Below, in pieces: positions 31,201-40,331 of a stretch of 64,000 nt of DNA. Source of the stretch: a virus (taxonomy: Duplodnaviria > Caudoviricetes); IMG/VR virus record IMGVR_UViG_3300035703_000043, positions 30,591 through 94,590 of that record; one strand, 5' to 3'. A model generated the notes under the pieces. It was not told the origin of the DNA. It searched no databases and saw nothing but the letters and a program-made list of their open reading frames with translations. The position numbers and the translations under genes were made by a program. Position 1 is the first letter of the stretch. Every line of letters begins with the position of its first letter.

Positions 31201-34200
31201 AGGTACTCAAGGTCTTCAGGGAACACAAGGTATTCAAGGAACTCAAGGCACACAAGGTACTCAAGGTACTCAAGGTCTTCAAGGTCTTCAGGGAACACAA
31301 GGTATTCAAGGAACTCAAGGAACTCAAGGAACTCAAGGTACACAAGGTACTCAGGGTCTTCAAGGAACACAAGGTACTCAAGGTACTCAGGGTCTTCAAG
31401 GAACACAAGGAACACAAGGTACTCAAGGTACTCAGGGAACTCAAGGTACTCAGGGTCTTCAAGGTACACAAGGTACTCAGGGTCTTCAAGGAACTCAAGG
31501 TACTCAAGGTACTCAGGGAACACAAGGTACTCAAGGTACTCAGGGAACACAAGGTACTCAGGGTCTTCAAGGAACACAAGGTACTCAGGGAACTCAAGGT
31601 ACACAAGGCACACAAGGTACTCAGGGTCTTCAAGGAACACAAGGTCTTCAAGGTACACAAGGCACTCAAGGAACTCAAGGAACTCAAGGCACACAAGGTA
31701 CTCAGGGTCTTCAAGGAACACAAGGCACTCAAGGAACTCAAGGTACTCAGGGTCTTCAAGGTACACAAGGTACTCAGGGTCTTCAAGGAACTCAAGGTAC
31801 TCAAGGTACTCAGGGTCTTCAAGGTACACAAGGCACACAAGGTACTCAAGGTACTCAAGGTACTCAGGGATCACAAGGTCTTCAAGGTCTTCAGGGAACT
31901 CAAGGTACTCAAGGTACTCAAGGAACACAAGGTACTCAGGGTCTTCAAGGAACACAAGGTACTCAGGGTCTTCAAGGAACACAAGGTCTTCAAGGTACAC
32001 AAGGTACACAAGGAACTCAAGGAACACAAGGTACTCAGGGAACTCAAGGCACACAAGGTACACAAGGTACTCAAGGTCTTCAAGGAACACAAGGTCTTCA
32101 AGGTACACAAGGCACACAAGGAACTCAAGGCACACAAGGAACTCAAGGAACTCAAGGTCTTCAAGGTACTCAGGGTACTCAAGGTACTCAAGGTACTCAG
32201 GGAACACAAGGTACTCAAGGTACTCAGGGAACACAAGGTACTCAGGGTCTTCAAGGTACACAAGGTACTCAAGGAACTCAAGGCACACAAGGTACTCAAG
32301 GTCTTCAAGGTCTTCAAGGTCTTCAAGGTCTTCAAGGTACACAAGGTACTCAGGGAACTCAAGGTACTCAGGGAACTCAAGGTACTCAAGGAACTCAAGG
32401 AACTCAAGGTACTCAAGGAACTCAAGGAACTCAAGGTACTCAAGGTACTCAAGGTCTTCAAGGTCTTCAAGGTACTCAAGGAACTCAAGGAACACAAGGT
32501 ACTCAAGGCACTCAAGGTACTCAAGGTCTTCAAGGTCTTCAGGGAACTCAAGGTACTCAAGGTCTTCAAGGTCTTCAGGGAACTCAAGGTACTCAAGGAA
32601 CACAAGGTACTCAGGGAACTCAAGGAACACAAGGTACTCAAGGTACTCAAGGTACTCAAGGTACTCAAGGTCTTCAAGGTCTTCAGGGAACTCAAGGTAC
32701 TCAGGGAAGACAAGGAACACAAGGCACACAAGGTACTCAAGGTCTTCAAGGTACACAAGGTACTCAAGGAACTCAAGGACTTACTGGACCAGTAGCAGGT
32801 TCGGCAAATCAAGTTGTTTTTAAAGATGGTTCTAATAATCCAACTGGTTCTGCGAACTTAACTTTTGATGGAACGACTCTGAGTGCTTATAATGTTAGCA
32901 TCACTAATAATTTAAGTATTGGTGGAACAACAACAATTATTACTGCTCAAGATTTAAGAGTTCTCGATGCTGATATTATTCTTGGTTTCACAACCAATGC
33001 TTTAGGTCAAGATGTTTCTACAGATATAACAGCAAATCACGGTGGTATTGCTGTTGCTTCTACTGAAGGTAATCCATTAGTAAATCTGTTTATTAGTGGA
33101 ATTGAGACAGCACCTTCAACATATAAGAAAATTATGTGGTTTAAGTCTGGAGCATTTTCTGGACTTGGCACTGATGCTTGGTTAATCAATTATGGTGTTG
33201 GTATTGGATCAACTCAAGTCCCATTTGGTGTAAGACTTGCTGCAGGAGGAATGCAAGTTACTGATAGTAAAATATCTTCTCCAAATCTTGACATATCTGG
33301 AATTGCAACTATCAATAAACTTGATGTTAATCAATTATCTCCAAATGGTACTGATTTTGGTACTGCTTCTTATGTTCCAATTGCAGATGGTACAGGAAAT
33401 TGGAGTTGGCAACCAGTAACTTCTGCTGGTGCTGGAACATTAAGTGGTTTTACTGTTCGTGACGAAGGTTCAGTTGTTGGAACTGCGGGTAGTGTCACAA
33501 ATCTTGACTTCAAAGGAAATAATATTATTGCAACATCAGTAAGTGGTGGTACGATTGCAACAGTTACGGTTTCTGATACACCAACATTCAATTCTTTAGT
33601 TGTATCTGGAGTATCTACATTTACAAATGGACCTGTATTGATTGGAACTACAACTTCATCAGCAGGAGTTAAACTTGATGTTGTTGGTGGTGAAATAAGA
33701 GCAGGTAGAGTTGATACTAATGAAGAAGGTGGTCAGGTAAGTTTTAGTAGAGCAAGTGATAATCTAACTGCTTGGTATATTGATGTTTATGGTAATACTT
33801 CAACACCAAATCTTCGTTTTGTTGATGTTAGTAATGCAGCAGTAAGAGCACAAATTGATGGTAGTGGAAACTTTAATTTTGAAAGTCCTATTAAATTAAA
33901 TTCCACATTAAAGGACATCTATAGTAATGTAGGTGCTGCTGGTTCAATTCTTGTTTCAACTGGTGCTGGTGTTTCTTGGACTGCTCCATTTGCTGCTGGT
34001 ATCCAAGGAATTCAGGGAACTCAAGGAACTACAGGTTCTCAAGGTTCTCAAGGTACTCAAGGTACTCAAGGTACTCAGGGAACTCAAGGTACTCAAGGTC
34101 TTCAGGGAACTCAAGGAACTCAAGGTACTCAGGGAAGACAAGGAACTCAAGGAACTCAAGGAAGACAAGGAACTCAAGGCACACAAGGTCTTCAAGGTCT

Positions 34201-36877
34201 TCAAGGTCTTCAGGGAACTCAAGGAACTCAAGGAACTCAAGGCACACAAGGTCTTCAAGGTCTTCAGGGAACTCAAGGAACTCAAGGTACTCAAGGTACT
34301 CAAGGAATTACTGGACCTGTTGCTGGTTCTGAAAATCAAATTGTCTATAAAGATGCTTCTAACAATCCAACAGGTTCTAATAGTTTAACTTATGTTACCC
34401 CAGTATCAGGTGTTGGTACTTTAGGTATTGGAACAATTATTGATGTTGTTCATTATGACACTTTAAATTCTGGAACTTTATCTTTTGAAGCTTCTGCTGG
34501 ACAGTTATTCAGTATTACAAATAATCTTACTTCTGGTTCTATTTTTTCTGTTAATGATGTTTCCGGAATTCCTTCTATTGATGTAGATGCGAGTGGAACA
34601 ATTGAATTGGCACCTTATGGTGGAAATATTGGTGTTGGTGAAACAAATCCAACACAAAAATTAGATGTTAATGGAAATATAAGATTAAGAAGTGGACTAT
34701 ATGATTTTTACAATACTGTAGGTGTCGCTGGTTCTATTTTAGTTTCAACTGGAACTGGAGTAAGTTGGACTGCTCCTTATGCTGCAGGAATTCAAGGTAC
34801 TCAAGGTACTCAGGGAACTCAAGGCACACAAGGTACTCAAGGTCTTCAAGGTCTTCAAGGAACTCAAGGTACTCAAGGTACTCAAGGTACTCAAGGAACA
34901 CAAGGAACACAAGGAACACAAGGCACACAAGGTACTCAAGGTCTTCAAGGTCTTCAGGGAACTCAAGGATCTCAAGGAACTCAAGGTACTCAGGGAAGAC
35001 AAGGAACTCAAGGCACACAAGGCACTCAAGGAACACAGGGAACTCAAGGTCTTCAAGGTACACAAGGTACTCAGGGAACTCAAGGTACTCAAGGCACTCA
35101 AGGTCTTCAAGGTACTCAAGGAACTCAAGGAACTCAAGGAACTCAAGGTACTCAGGGAAGACAAGGAACTCAAGGCACTCAAGGAACACAGGGAACTCAA
35201 GGTCTTCAAGGTCTTCAAGGTCTTCAAGGTACTCAAGGTACTCAAGGTACTCAAGGTACTCAAGGTACTCAAGGAACTACAGGTTCCCAAGGTTCCCAAG
35301 GTACTCAAGGTACTCAAGGTACTCAAGGAACACAGGGAACTCAAGGTCTTCAAGGTCTTCAAGGCACTCAAGGCACTCAAGGCACTCAAGGCACTCAAGG
35401 CACTCAAGGTACTCAAGGAACTACAGGTTCCCAAGGTACTCAAGGAACTCAAGGAACTACAGGTTCCCAAGGAACTACAGGTTCCCAAGGAACTACAGGT
35501 TCCCAAGGAACTACAGGTTCCCAAGGAACTACAGGTTCCCAAGGAACTACAGGTTCTCAAGGCACTCAAGGTATTTCTGGGTCTGGACAATGGACTGCAA
35601 ATGTATATCCAACTACTGGATTTGCTAATATTTTAAGTGGAAGTTCATTTTCTGATGCTGGACTTAGTGGTGGCATATATTCTTCCGAAGGATATACTAG
35701 AGGTGTATATACTACATTTAAATATTTCAGTGGAGGAAATACTTATGTTGGTTTAAGCACAACTAATAGTACTCTTTCTGGAACTTCTTATTTAGATTAT
35801 GCTTGGCATTATGATAATAGTACTAGTACTGCATCCATTTATGAATCTGGAACGCAAATTACTTCATTTTCTTCTATAAGTTCAGCAACTATTTTTAGTA
35901 TTACATATGATGGCAATAATATTAGATACTGGACTGATGGAACTATAAGAAGAACAGTATCAAGAACAATTGGAGTTCCTTTATATTTTAGATCTTATTT
36001 CCAAGGTACTTGTACTATTTCTTCAGTTGGATTTGGTCCAATGGGGGAACAAGGTGCTCAAGGATCTTCAGGATCTGGTGGAGGTGGTGGTTCTGGAACA
36101 TTTGATACTGGAATCACAACTTCTGTTTATATTTCTGCCATTTCTGGTTTAGGAACAAACACAACCACAAATAATGATATTTTTGTTGGTCCTGGAGTTG
36201 CGGGAACTTCTTTCGGAATTGGACTTTCATTTCCATCAACAGCAAGCAGAGAATATGTGATTGAATCAATTCACGTCACTAATACATATTCAAATGAATT
36301 ATATTTAACTGCAAGACAAGATTTTTATGTTTCTGGAACTACTTGGAGAGCAGTTCCGATTACACAGAGACTTATAGTTCCTTATCAAGGTTCTGTGGAA
36401 CTTATTAATCAACCAATGATTGCCTCACCGAATGATCATTTAAGATTCCAAGCATTTTCTGGAGTTGGAGCAACGGCAACTGGAATTGATGGTGGTCTGG
36501 ATGTATTTACCGTTTATTCTACAAAAACTGATACAAACTTTGTTGGTGTTGGTTCAACCGTAGCAAGTACAACTGGTGCAGAAGTTTATCGTTCAACAAC
36601 CTATCCCTCAGTTGTTCAATCAATTCGTCTTTGTAATTATAATTTGAATATTGATGTTGATGCTTCAGTCTCCATTTATCGTGGAGGAACAGCAGGTTCC
36701 GTTGTATCCACTGGTGTAAGACTTGGATATTTGACATATAATATGACTATACCTAAAAATAGTGTCGTTGAAATACTTGATAAACCAAAATATCTTGCTA
36801 CAAATGATACGATTGTTGCTGTTGGATCTACAATCAATTCAATATCTGCTTGCGTTGCTGCCAAATTAATCGTATAA
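28229..36877 (+). CDS. Giant (2882 aa) collagen-like fibre protein
   Basis: Three G-X-Q collagen tracts, VGIGTT repeats and internal domain duplications. Confidence 0.85.
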   Translation: MAKYLSNRQKNFKIGISSYTENKTVLEITGNVGIGTTNATSDLYVVGDGYFTGVVTASNFYVGNELVGAGGSFAQLYVSGIATLGANGGITTTGGNLYVGGDLQVSGSSNFIGTAIFRGGTIGIGDSTSDDINVGGEFVSNLVPKYDNTYDIGLESNRWRNARFSGLTTTGNLYVSGVGTVANLYSTTGIINYLSGTDLNFSGISTLGVTSATQLTSQSLTVSGNSNLSITDITVNSSSNALTITQTGTGNALIVKDDNSDSSPFVVTGIGSVGVGVENPAEKLQVDGNIRLGSSDSNYIAFKGTTGDSPNGGFTHTFIGERIYTPGTEESELLIFKGNDHDLSVEGPDRIRLAAAEIRFDTYTIPTSGSFEEVATSGNLDTKFIIRDNGFVGVGTANPSSTLDVSGNLNVSGIGTINTLDANIVDIENLTATNINSSGISTLGIASINHLYVSGLSTFVGVGTFNDDLYVGGDVRISGILTVGGNSVVIDGENDLIKIGSGVTLGSSSGTIVYLSGTNLNYSGIGTIGTLDTNIGTIDYLSGTDLNYNGIGTFGTLAVTGLTTTKDLRVVGITTLGVTTVTNLTAQNINSSGIVTGFTFRPSSGYYQSANGTNSFYVYDGTGNVAFQGTIGASQINNASGYKVIGFAGTNITFENNAYIAGITTSVGGFIGNLTGTATTATKLETARAFEITGDIVASAISFDGTGNVSLAATIQPNSVALGSDTTGDYVQSITGTSNQITVTGGTGEGSTPTLSLPNNLILPQDVTVTRDLQVNRNLNVTGNITIGGSTAFVNVQELVVTDPDIILGYRTDAFGNDVSNDNTANHGGVALASTEGTPLVNLFVAGIETAPATYKKIMWFKEGTFAGLGTDAWLINYAVGIGSTQFPTGTRLAAGNVQFTENDLAVVRNINSSGLITATRFIGTATNLDINGLTTINDPQSNDFIALYDVSGAVVGKATIQNAALQGLQGTQGTQGIQGTQGLQGTQGTQGTQGLQGTQGIQGTQGTQGTQGTQGLQGLQGTQGIQGTQGTQGTQGTQGTQGLQGTQGTQGTQGLQGTQGTQGTQGTQGTQGTQGLQGTQGTQGLQGTQGTQGTQGTQGTQGTQGTQGTQGLQGTQGTQGTQGTQGTQGTQGLQGTQGLQGTQGTQGTQGTQGTQGTQGLQGTQGTQGTQGTQGLQGTQGTQGLQGTQGTQGTQGLQGTQGTQGTQGTQGTQGSQGLQGLQGTQGTQGTQGTQGTQGLQGTQGTQGLQGTQGLQGTQGTQGTQGTQGTQGTQGTQGTQGTQGLQGTQGLQGTQGTQGTQGTQGTQGTQGLQGTQGTQGTQGTQGTQGTQGTQGTQGTQGLQGTQGTQGTQGTQGTQGLQGLQGLQGLQGTQGTQGTQGTQGTQGTQGTQGTQGTQGTQGTQGTQGTQGLQGLQGTQGTQGTQGTQGTQGTQGLQGLQGTQGTQGLQGLQGTQGTQGTQGTQGTQGTQGTQGTQGTQGTQGLQGLQGTQGTQGRQGTQGTQGTQGLQGTQGTQGTQGLTGPVAGSANQVVFKDGSNNPTGSANLTFDGTTLSAYNVSITNNLSIGGTTTIITAQDLRVLDADIILGFTTNALGQDVSTDITANHGGIAVASTEGNPLVNLFISGIETAPSTYKKIMWFKSGAFSGLGTDAWLINYGVGIGSTQVPFGVRLAAGGMQVTDSKISSPNLDISGIATINKLDVNQLSPNGTDFGTASYVPIADGTGNWSWQPVTSAGAGTLSGFTVRDEGSVVGTAGSVTNLDFKGNNIIATSVSGGTIATVTVSDTPTFNSLVVSGVSTFTNGPVLIGTTTSSAGVKLDVVGGEIRAGRVDTNEEGGQVSFSRASDNLTAWYIDVYGNTSTPNLRFVDVSNAAVRAQIDGSGNFNFESPIKLNSTLKDIYSNVGAAGSILVSTGAGVSWTAPFAAGIQGIQGTQGTTGSQGSQGTQGTQGTQGTQGTQGLQGTQGTQGTQGRQGTQGTQGRQGTQGTQGLQGLQGLQGTQGTQGTQGTQGLQGLQGTQGTQGTQGTQGITGPVAGSENQIVYKDASNNPTGSNSLTYVTPVSGVGTLGIGTIIDVVHYDTLNSGTLSFEASAGQLFSITNNLTSGSIFSVNDVSGIPSIDVDASGTIELAPYGGNIGVGETNPTQKLDVNGNIRLRSGLYDFYNTVGVAGSILVSTGTGVSWTAPYAAGIQGTQGTQGTQGTQGTQGLQGLQGTQGTQGTQGTQGTQGTQGTQGTQGTQGLQGLQGTQGSQGTQGTQGRQGTQGTQGTQGTQGTQGLQGTQGTQGTQGTQGTQGLQGTQGTQGTQGTQGTQGRQGTQGTQGTQGTQGLQGLQGLQGTQGTQGTQGTQGTQGTTGSQGSQGTQGTQGTQGTQGTQGLQGLQGTQGTQGTQGTQGTQGTQGTTGSQGTQGTQGTTGSQGTTGSQGTTGSQGTTGSQGTTGSQGTTGSQGTQGISGSGQWTANVYPTTGFANILSGSSFSDAGLSGGIYSSEGYTRGVYTTFKYFSGGNTYVGLSTTNSTLSGTSYLDYAWHYDNSTSTASIYESGTQITSFSSISSATIFSITYDGNNIRYWTDGTIRRTVSRTIGVPLYFRSYFQGTCTISSVGFGPMGEQGAQGSSGSGGGGGSGTFDTGITTSVYISAISGLGTNTTTNNDIFVGPGVAGTSFGIGLSFPSTASREYVIESIHVTNTYSNELYLTARQDFYVSGTTWRAVPITQRLIVPYQGSVELINQPMIASPNDHLRFQAFSGVGATATGIDGGLDVFTVYSTKTDTNFVGVGSTVASTTGAEVYRSTTYPSVVQSIRLCNYNLNIDVDASVSIYRGGTAGSVVSTGVRLGYLTYNMTIPKNSVVEILDKPKYLATNDTIVAVGSTINSISACVAAKLIV
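31127..32790 (+). repeat. Collagen-like tract of about 550 aa
   Basis: Continuous 9-nt repeats encoding G-T-Q/G-L-Q. Confidence 0.95.
33998..34318 (+). repeat. Collagen-like tract
   Basis: G-T-Q/G-L-Q/G-R-Q triplets. Confidence 0.95.
34787..35580 (+). repeat. Collagen-like tract ending in 18-nt GTTGSQ repeats
   Basis: G-X-Q triplets, then tandem ggaactacaggttcccaa copies. Confidence 0.95.
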
Positions 36878-36898
36878 TTAATTAAAATTGGAGAAATT

Positions 36899-37558
36899 AT
36901 GTCTATCTTGATTGCGATGCCTTGTTATGGTGGATTAGTAAGTGATAAAACGGCAAAGGGTCTATTTAATCTTGGAAAGGAATTAAGAACTGCTGGATTA
37001 GATCACGGATTATTGACGACAGCTAATGATAGTTTGATTACTCAAGCACGTTCAAGAATTGTTAATTTCTTTATGAACAATACAGAATATGAAAGAATTC
37101 TGTTTATTGATGCCGATATTGGATTTACACCAGAAGATGTTTTCAATCTTTTAAAACAAGATAAAGATATTGTATGTGGTGCTTATCCTATGAAAGGTAT
37201 TCCATTAAGATACAATTATAATATTACAAAACCAGAAGTTGTTGAAGGTGAACTTGTAAAGATTGAGAATATTGGATTTGGATTTTCTCTAATTAAAAGA
37301 AAAGTATTTGAAGATATTGCAAGAAGATATGGAGAAGAGTTGAAGTATTACCCACCAACAGATAATAGTTCAACACCACCAACAGAAAAAGAATATCATA
37401 ATTCTTATCATTACTTTTTGGAACTCAAGAAAGAAATGAGATATTTACCAGAAGATTTTTCATTCTTTGAAAGAGCACGAAGTGTTGGATATGATGCTTG
37501 GTTAAATACTAATATTAGATTAGCACACGTTGGTTCTCACGTTTATCAAGAAGGATAA
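36899..37558 (+). CDS. GT-A fold (GT2-like) glycosyltransferase
   Basis: ILFIDADI DxD motif, PEDFSF catalytic ED, LAHVG. Confidence 0.75.
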   Translation: MSILIAMPCYGGLVSDKTAKGLFNLGKELRTAGLDHGLLTTANDSLITQARSRIVNFFMNNTEYERILFIDADIGFTPEDVFNLLKQDKDIVCGAYPMKGIPLRYNYNITKPEVVEGELVKIENIGFGFSLIKRKVFEDIARRYGEELKYYPPTDNSSTPPTEKEYHNSYHYFLELKKEMRYLPEDFSFFERARSVGYDAWLNTNIRLAHVGSHVYQEG

Positions 37559-37562
37559 TTAA

Positions 37563-39500
37563 ATGGCAACTGGGGTCTTCAGTCTTCGTAAGGTTTATAT
37601 TAAGCAATATCAAAATGTAGATAATCGTAACTTTGCGAGTTGGCCTGAAAGTGCGACTTATGGGTATTATGGTGGTGGTGTAAGTAATAGTACAATTACA
37701 AGACTTGATTTTTCAAATGAAACAGTAAGTAATCCAGGAAAAAACTTACTATCAGCAAGAAGTAAATTATCTGCAACCTCAAGTAGTTCTTATGGTTACT
37801 TTGGTGGTGGTTATACTCCTCCTTTATATGTTATTACAATTACAAGACTTGATTTCTCTAATGAAACCGTAAGTAATCCAGGAAAAAACTTACCAACAGC
37901 AAGAGGATTTTTAGCAGCAACCTCAAGTAGTTCTTATGGGTACTTTGGTGGAGGTCTGTCCACTCCCGGTACCGCTAATTATATTAGTACAATCACAAGA
38001 CTTGATTTCTCTAATGAAACCGTAAGTGATCCGGGAAAAAACTTACCAACAGTAATAACTCAATTAGCAACAATCTCAAGTAGTTCTTATGGTTATTTTG
38101 GTGGTGGTTTCACTCCACCATTAAATGCTCGTATTAGTACAATCACAAGACTTGATTTCTCTAATGAAACTACAAGTAATCCAGGAAAAAACTTACCAAC
38201 AGCAAGAGGAGCATTAGCAGCAACCTCAAGTAGTTCTTATGGTTATTTTGGTGGTGGTTTTAATCCTACTAGTGAAATTAGTACAATATCAAGACTTGAT
38301 TTCTTTAATGAAATCGTAAGTGATCCAGGAAAAAACTTACCAACAACAAGAAGTGAGTTAGCAGCAACCTCAAGTAGTTCTTATGGTTATTTTGGTGGTG
38401 GTGTAAGTAATAGTACAATTACAAGACTTGATTTTTCAAATGAAACAGTAAGTGATCCAGGAAAAAACTTACCAATAGCAAGAGGTCAATTAGCAGCAAC
38501 CTCAGGAGGTCAATCAATTGATCGTGGGTTTAAGACTTATGGATATATTACTGGTGGTGCTAACCCTCCTGCAGTTGGTACAGTAAGTCTTGCTGTCAAT
38601 AAGCACGATCTTTCAACTACTACTGTTACCCCATTACCCCCAGGTAATACACTACCAGCATTAGGTCCTTCTCCAGCTGGAACGGGAAGATCTCGACATT
38701 TTGGATTTTCAACTAATTATTTTGGATACTTTAGTGGTGGTTTCCAACCAGGAGGTGTTCCTGGAGTTTCAAATAGAGTTTCAAGACTTGATTTTTCAAA
38801 TGATACTTGGAATGATCCTGGTAAAGATTTATTTGTTACAAGATATAATCACACTGGTGTTTCTGCACCCCAAAATTATAATCGTGGATATTTTGCAACA
38901 GGTGAAACATTTACATTTCCAAGTCCAGGACCATCATATTTAACTACAGTAACTCGAATTGAATATTCCAGTGAAACTGTGAGTGATCCGGGAATAAATC
39001 TGCCAATGAGATCTGTGGGAACTTCTGGTGTAAAAACTAACTCATATGGTTATTTTGCTGGAGGAATAACTCCAGTAAATTTACCTGTTCCTACTCAATC
39101 ACAAGTATTTTCTCACATTGCCAGACTTGATTTTTCAAATGAAAGTGTTACTGTACCCGTAAATCTTCCACTTCCAAGACATAGTATGTTTTCATTCCAT
39201 AATCAATCTTATGGTTATTTTTGTGGTGGCACTGGACCAAATCCAGTCCCACCAACACCAACAAGTCACTGTAGAATAGAAAGACTTGATTTTTCAAATG
39301 AAACTATAAGTAGTAGAACAAATATGCCTACTGCTTTTCCAGCTTCTACATCTATTAGTTCTCAATTTTTTGGATTTACCTACGGATCTGTAAATGTAAC
39401 TCAAATTCATCGTTTTGATTTTTCAAGTGAAACTTTTGCTCCCTATACCTCAACACCTTTAGGTCTTGCATCCTCGGCAGCAGTTACAAACGGAATTTAA
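37563..39500 (+). CDS. Kelch-like repeat beta-propeller protein 1 (12 repeats)
   Basis: YGYFGGG...TITRLDFSNETVSxPGKNLPTAR..LAATSSSS repeats. Confidence 0.8.
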   Translation: MATGVFSLRKVYIKQYQNVDNRNFASWPESATYGYYGGGVSNSTITRLDFSNETVSNPGKNLLSARSKLSATSSSSYGYFGGGYTPPLYVITITRLDFSNETVSNPGKNLPTARGFLAATSSSSYGYFGGGLSTPGTANYISTITRLDFSNETVSDPGKNLPTVITQLATISSSSYGYFGGGFTPPLNARISTITRLDFSNETTSNPGKNLPTARGALAATSSSSYGYFGGGFNPTSEISTISRLDFFNEIVSDPGKNLPTTRSELAATSSSSYGYFGGGVSNSTITRLDFSNETVSDPGKNLPIARGQLAATSGGQSIDRGFKTYGYITGGANPPAVGTVSLAVNKHDLSTTTVTPLPPGNTLPALGPSPAGTGRSRHFGFSTNYFGYFSGGFQPGGVPGVSNRVSRLDFSNDTWNDPGKDLFVTRYNHTGVSAPQNYNRGYFATGETFTFPSPGPSYLTTVTRIEYSSETVSDPGINLPMRSVGTSGVKTNSYGYFAGGITPVNLPVPTQSQVFSHIARLDFSNESVTVPVNLPLPRHSMFSFHNQSYGYFCGGTGPNPVPPTPTSHCRIERLDFSNETISSRTNMPTAFPASTSISSQFFGFTYGSVNVTQIHRFDFSSETFAPYTSTPLGLASSAAVTNGI

Positions 39501-39503
39501 TCT

Positions 39504-40331
39504 ATGAAAACTTTTTATTTTATGTCTGGACTTCCACGTTCAGGTTCAACTTTATTAACAGCACTACTCAATCAAAACCCAGAGATACACGCATCTACAA
39601 ACTCACCACTTCTGGATACAATACATTATACGGAAGAGTATCTTTTATATCAATCAGAACAATACAAAGCACATCCAAAACCAGAGTGTGCTCATAAGGT
39701 CTTGTCTTCTATTGCTCCCAACTATTATTTTGATACTCCACAGAATATTATTGTAGATAAGTCAAGAGGTTGGGTGAATCAAATACAACATATTCAAGAT
39801 TATATTACTCCAGAACCAAAGATTATTTGTCCTGTAAGAAATATTCTTGATATTATATCTTCATTTTTAAATCTCATTTATCATTCCAAAACAACTTCAT
39901 TCATTGATGAAGGTCTTATAGCAAACAACTTGGAAATTAGTAATGACAATCGTGCCGACTATCTAATGTCCCCCCAAGGTATTATCGGACAATCTTATCA
40001 CGCACTTGCTGAAGCATTTCGTAAAGGTAATGATAAGTATTTGTTATTAGTTGAGTATGATGATTTAGTTCAAAATCCACAACAAGAACTAAACCGAATT
40101 TATGATTTCTTACAACTCCCAAAATTTACTCATACCTTTGAGAATATAAAACCAAAGTTTGATGAGAACGATGAGGTTTATAAGTTAGAAAATATGCATA
40201 CTGTAAGAAGCAAAGTAGAAAAAATACATCGTGATAACTCAAAGTTCTTAAGTGACTATGTAATCAATAAATATAATCATATGGAGTTCTGGAAAAAGGG
40301 AACTCAAAGATATTCTATTTTTGGTTTATAA
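39504..40331 (+). CDS. Sulfotransferase (PAPS-dependent)
   Basis: 5'-PSB loop GLPRSGSTLL, VDKSR, 3'-PB R...IISS, VEYDDLV. Confidence 0.88.
   Translation: MKTFYFMSGLPRSGSTLLTALLNQNPEIHASTNSPLLDTIHYTEEYLLYQSEQYKAHPKPECAHKVLSSIAPNYYFDTPQNIIVDKSRGWVNQIQHIQDYITPEPKIICPVRNILDIISSFLNLIYHSKTTSFIDEGLIANNLEISNDNRADYLMSPQGIIGQSYHALAEAFRKGNDKYLLLVEYDDLVQNPQQELNRIYDFLQLPKFTHTFENIKPKFDENDEVYKLENMHTVRSKVEKIHRDNSKFLSDYVINKYNHMEFWKKGTQRYSIFGL

Noticed and set aside
30941-35636. Alternative-frame ORFs up to 559 aa over the collagen tracts of 28229
   Set aside because: Same repeat artefact; they begin and end with the repeat
37660-38510. CRISPR-like repeat/spacer appearance
   Set aside because: Repeats are in-frame coding units of about 130-160 nt within a long ORF; no cas genes
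39504-39530. MKTF start of the sulfotransferase as a capsid-targeting leader
   Set aside because: MKTFYFMSG lacks the xEFxxE part and is the first strand before the PAPS-binding loop
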